Shown here: piece after piece, positions 59,375 to 64,000 of the stretch
Layout: the number at the start of each line of letters is the position of its first letter
Position numbering within the stretch: the first letter of the stretch is position 1
NCBI RefSeq assembly: GCF_009914755.1
Contig: NC_060932.1
Direction: 5' to 3' (one strand)
DNA from: the human T2T-CHM13v2.0 reference genome, Homo sapiens
DNA length: 64,000 nucleotides
Notes under the pieces: model-generated
What the model saw: only the letters and a program-made list of their open reading frames with translations
What the model was told of the DNA's origin: nothing
The model's database searches: none
Translations under genes and position numbers: made by a program

Positions 59375-59855
59375 TCATTACATTTTGCACAACAATGCCA
59401 GCCACCCACAGTTGCTGAAACTCTCACCACCAACAATGGCTGAATATCAAGTGTAATAGGACCAGACGCAGCAAACAAATTAAAATGTGTGTCTTTGTCG
59501 AATGATAATGTTTCAAGGAGTGTAAGTGACATGGCAATTAATGTCTGTGAACAGCTGGTTTTAAAGATTAAAGAAAGTGATTACTTTGCCCAGGCAATGG
59601 ACAGATACACCTAAATGTGCTGAGATGCTGGCATTTTAAGTCACATTTCTGTGAAATACTATGGATAAGAGCATGCTGTTTAGAAAAATTTAGTCCAGTA
59701 TTACAACAGAAGACCATTTTGAAATATTTCAAGAGACAACCGAGAATTTCCACATGCCAGCTGGGAATTGTGTATTGCTATTTATATGGTTCAGAGAGTA
59801 ATTACAGACTTCTCAAAGCAGGAAATTATTTTATTGCAAAGAATGATTCAGTTCC

Positions 59856-60150
59856 TTTTTTTTTTTTTTTTTGAGACAGTCTTGCTTTGTCACCCAGGCT
59901 GGAGGGCAGTGGCGCAACCTCGGTTCACTGCAGCCTCCACCTCCCAGGTTCAAGCAGCTATCATACCTCAGCCTCCTGAGTAGCTGGAACTCAGGTACGT
60001 GCCTCCACACATGGCTAATTTTTGTATTTTTAGTAGAGACGGGGTTTTGCCATGTTGGCCAGGCTAGTCTCGAAATCCTGGCCTCAAGTCATCCACCCAC
60101 CTCAGCCTCCCAAAGTTCTGGGTTTACAGGCATGAGCCACCACGCTTGGC
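59856..60150 (-). mobile_element. Alu (Jb/Sz-like)
   Basis: full dimer; TSD TGATTCAG. Confidence 0.93.
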
Positions 60151-60491
60151 TGATTCAGATCCCTATTGGTTTTTAAAAGGGAGAGAGAGAGAGAGAAAAC
60201 ATATTTCCCCATATCGGGAGGACTATCATCAGTTTTAACAGGAGCAACCCTCAAAATGGCTATGTAATAAAGAAGCACCAAGGCCATGAGTGTAAAGAAT
60301 ATCCAAGTCCAATTATCAGTATCTCTTTAGACCAAAATGTCTCCACTAGCAAACTGGCATGGTAAGCATAGTGATCAAACCCATAATAGTATAGTCACAA
60401 ATCCCAAGGGACACATCCTGTGAACTTCCGTATCTTAAGAACATTCTAGAACAGTAGCACAGACTAGCAATAGATTGTGGGGGGTTTTTGA

Positions 60492-60760
<269 letters not shown>

Positions 60761-61844
60761 TGACAGTTTCACAATGTTCTTGACTCCACACTCCAGCAAA
60801 TGTACAAACTGGGGAGTTGCTTCCACACAGCCAATGCCCATGTTATGCTTTCATACATATAAACATTTGTAGAAGATTTTTAAAGAGATGATTACACACT
60901 TTAAATTTTCCTGAATTTTATTCCTTATTTGGAAAAATGTGACAAATGTATTGCCCTGAGGCCAGTCAAGACCTAATTTCAGACAGCATGCATGACCTTA
61001 AACAACCCTCTTTCTTGCCAGGGCAGGCCCTTTTTAAATTTTTTTAACACAAGTAACCTTTGCTTCTCCTCTTCATAGAGATATATTTATCTGAGGTCTC
61101 TCATAGGCCCAACAATAAGCCCACAAGCTGTCTTCACTGCAGAAGACCTAGGAGACTCTAGGACTCCTAGTCCTGTTATGGGAATAAGTTGTCTGCTGTT
61201 AGCACTGTTATCCCAGATTTCTTAAAGACATACTTGCCAACTAGGCCTCATCCATGCCCTTGTTTCATAAGAAATAGCTAAAGAAATGCAAGTAAGTGTA
61301 TGAAGTGAATTAGTTAGAAATTAAGTCTTTGAGACAATAAGTCTTGACCTTAATCATGAAGAAGGTGTCAGGGCAATACCTCAAACAAAGGTGGGAACAA
61401 GCACCTCTTTATTGTAAGCCTTGCCTGAAAAGAAGAGGCCATGACAGAGGAATGGCATGCATAGGTACAGAGGCAATAAGCTGGTCGGTCTCCCTTAGTG
61501 TAAAGCGAAGGAACTCAGATTTGATCAGGCAGGTAAATTCTTCAGTAGAAGAATAGCAGACTAACAAATATCTGAGAAAATTTAATCTATTAACAAAAAA
61601 AAATCCAAGAAAATGAACAGAAAGGAAACTGAGTTACAGTGTTATCTCGATAATTTGAACACATAGGGATGAAAACTGGAAAGGTCAACAGTTTTGCAAA
61701 CAATGAGAGAGAACCCCATCTAAATGATACTGTCCATAGTGAATCAGCAGACACTGGAAACTGACCAGATAGAAGCCTGAAGCAGGGACTAGCACCAAAA
61801 TAACTCCAAAATGTTGACCCAGGAGCATACTGTAGAATTTAATA

Positions 61845-61905
61845 CAAAATGAGGTTGAACCAGATAACCTCTAAGGTCCAGTTAAACTCTTACTGCTATG
61901 ATTCC
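61845..61905 (+). mobile_element. MIR3/MIRc 3' fragment
   Basis: AAAATGAGGTTGAACCAGATAACCTCTAAGGTCC...CTATGATTC. Confidence 0.6.
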
Positions 61906-61964
61906 AAAAAAGGTGAAGACCTCACGTTTTTAAAAAAACAAGGAAGTCATCAAACTTTTTTAAT

Positions 61965-62430
61965 TCTAAAAGTATTTACTGAGCACAAACTATGTACCAG
62001 GCACTGTCCAAAGCCCCAAAAATACAATGGCACATAAGAAAGGTCTTTGTCTTATACAGGCTATATTCTAAAGGGGGTGCACATAAAAAAAGTCACTGAA
62101 GGGCTTAAACAGAGATTGATCCAATCCAATTTATGTTGTAGATTACTTTTCTGCTGGGTAGAGAGTGAGTTAAAGGGATCAAAGGCTAAAGAGGTAAGAT
62201 TTTTTTGAAGGCAGTTAGAGGGATAAAGGGGGTCATATTGAAGATATAAAGAAGTAAAACTTAAAAGATATTTACAGATAGAGTTTCTAATTGGACTGGA
62301 TATGGTCGATGAGAGTAATGGTGGAATCTTGAATAATTGCTGTATTTCTGGCTGAAGTAATCAGGGGTATGTGATGCCTTTTACTGTGATGTGGAAAATT
62401 AGGGGGAAGTAGGAAGAATGGAAGTTTAAG
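61965..62430 (-). mobile_element. L2 fragments
   Basis: AAGTATTTACTGAGCAC..ACTATGTACCAGGCACTGT; GTGATGCCTTTTACTGTGATGTGGAA. Confidence 0.65.
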
Positions 62431-62510
62431 GAGGGAAAACAAACCTCCTCAGGAGAACATTATTGTTGAAGAAGGTATTACTGACTGACAATGTAAGTAA
62501 GAAAATGTTG

Positions 62511-63045
62511 GTCAATTCATCCATCAGTGGACATTTAGATTGTTTCCTATATATCTTGACCACTGTGAATAATGCTGCAATGAATATGGGGGTACAAGTG
62601 TCTCTTCAAGATCCCGATTTTAATTCTTTTGTAGAAATACCCAGAAGTGGGATTGCTGAATCATATTGTAATTCTATTTTTAATTTTGTTATATACACTG
62701 ACTGGGATATTATTCAGCCGTTAACTAAAGGAAAATCTGTGAAATGCAACAACATGGATGAACCTTAAGGATGTTATGCTAAGAAAAATAAACAAGTCAC
62801 AGAAGGACAAACACTGAATGATTCCATTTATATGAGGTATTTAAAGTAGTCAAGTTCAGAGAAGCACAGAGCAGAATGGTGGATGCCAGGGTCTGCAGGG
62901 AGGGGAAAATGGAGAGATGTTCAATGGATGTAAAGTTTCAGTTATGCAAGATGAATAAGTTCTAGAGATCTGCTGCACAAAATTGTGCTTGTAGTTAACA
63001 ATACTGTGTTGTACATTTAAAAATTTGTTTAAAAAAGAAAAAAAA
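62511..63045 (+). mobile_element. L1MA9/MA10/MB1-like 3' end with inverted 5' part
   Basis: 62511-62688 is antisense ORF2 tail; 62689-63045 is sense 3' UTR with A tail. Confidence 0.85.
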
Positions 63046-63049
63046 TGCT

Positions 63050-63370
63050 CCTGGGCACGGTGGCTCATGCCTGCAATCCCAACACTTTGGAAGGTCAAGA
63101 TGGTAAGATTGCCTTAGCTCAGGAGTTCAAGACCAGCCTGGGCAAAATAGGGAGACCGCGTTTTTACTAAAAATAAGAAATAAAAATTAGCACAGCGCAA
63201 TGGCCTGTACCTGTAGTCCCAGCTGCTCGGGGGGAGACTGAGATAGGAGCCCGGGAGATACAGACTGCAGTGAGTTGTGATCATGCCACTGCACTCCAGC
63301 CTGAGTGACAGAGCAAAACCTGTCTCAAATTAAAAAAAAAAAAAGAAAAAGAAAGAAAAATAAAAAGAAA
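63050..63370 (+). mobile_element. AluJ-like
   Basis: dimer with deletion in right arm; TSD AAATGCT. Confidence 0.9.
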
Positions 63371-64000
63371 TGCTGCATTATTGATGATCTTGATGGTCCA
63401 GAGACTGATACCCTGTGAAAAAGATAGGATTTTGACATGTAATTCAGAGGGATAAAATATAAATGTGGAGTCATTTTAGGAATATTTTAACCAACTTATT
63501 GAATTTATATTTTACTTCTTTTGAATGGAAATTAAAGTTCTAAATAATAAAAATCTATTTCCAAGTTTTTTTTTAATAAAAAGAAAAGGTGTATCAAGTG
63601 TCAGATATTTGAGCCATGCCAAAGGAGTTTCCAGCTATGTGGGACTCACCCTTCTACAGTGAGTATCAACATTTAGGGTTTGATCTGTTGGCTTTTTGAG
63701 TATCCAAGAGCAAGTATTTGGGGTTTCAGTGGGCAGGGTGAAAGTGAAGCTTGCAGATTGAAGCTGAATAGATCTTTCATATGTAAGTCAGAAAAAAATT
63801 ACAAAATATTTATGCATCATGAAGTAGCTTATTAGCGCTGTCACACCACATATTGATGACAGTGAAGAGTCTAGGCAGGGATGTTCTTTACCATCTTCAT
63901 GCCACAGGCAAGACTCAAAGGCAAACAGAAATGTTTTGGGGGGAAAATTAAGTGACTTCCCTGTAATATGTGAGTCTTAACGACAAAATCAATATCCTGC

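Overview
Primate (human-like) genomic DNA, non-coding (intronic or intergenic), AT-rich, with no CpG island and no protein-coding gene I can support. A large part of it is interspersed repeat. There are about 34 Alu/FLAM copies (J and S subfamilies; no clear AluY) and one full-length, decayed L1PB1 on the minus strand with its target-site duplication (TSD). Older L1MA/MB/MC fragments and L2, MIR and CR1-like relics are scattered through it. LTR elements include two THE1C solo LTRs, MST, MLT1 (one with internal sequence), MER41A, MER65 and MER34- and LTR16-like copies. Most ORFs in the track are Alu/L1 fragments or chance. Best leads: (1) an old local duplication of unique sequence at about 50.0-50.5 kb and 51.8-52.0 kb, where only one copy has a perfect STAT GAS site and a palindromic MARE/AP-1 site; (2) a 21-bp G-rich minisatellite inside an Alu, bracketed by an 18-bp perfect inverted repeat; (3) several fold-back and tandem-duplication scars between 46 and 55 kb; (4) a candidate L1MA 3' transduction inside an MLT1 provirus remnant. 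I found no evidence of a new multi-gene system. Subfamily calls come from remembered consensus features, not a RepeatMasker run, and boundaries of old repeats are approximate.
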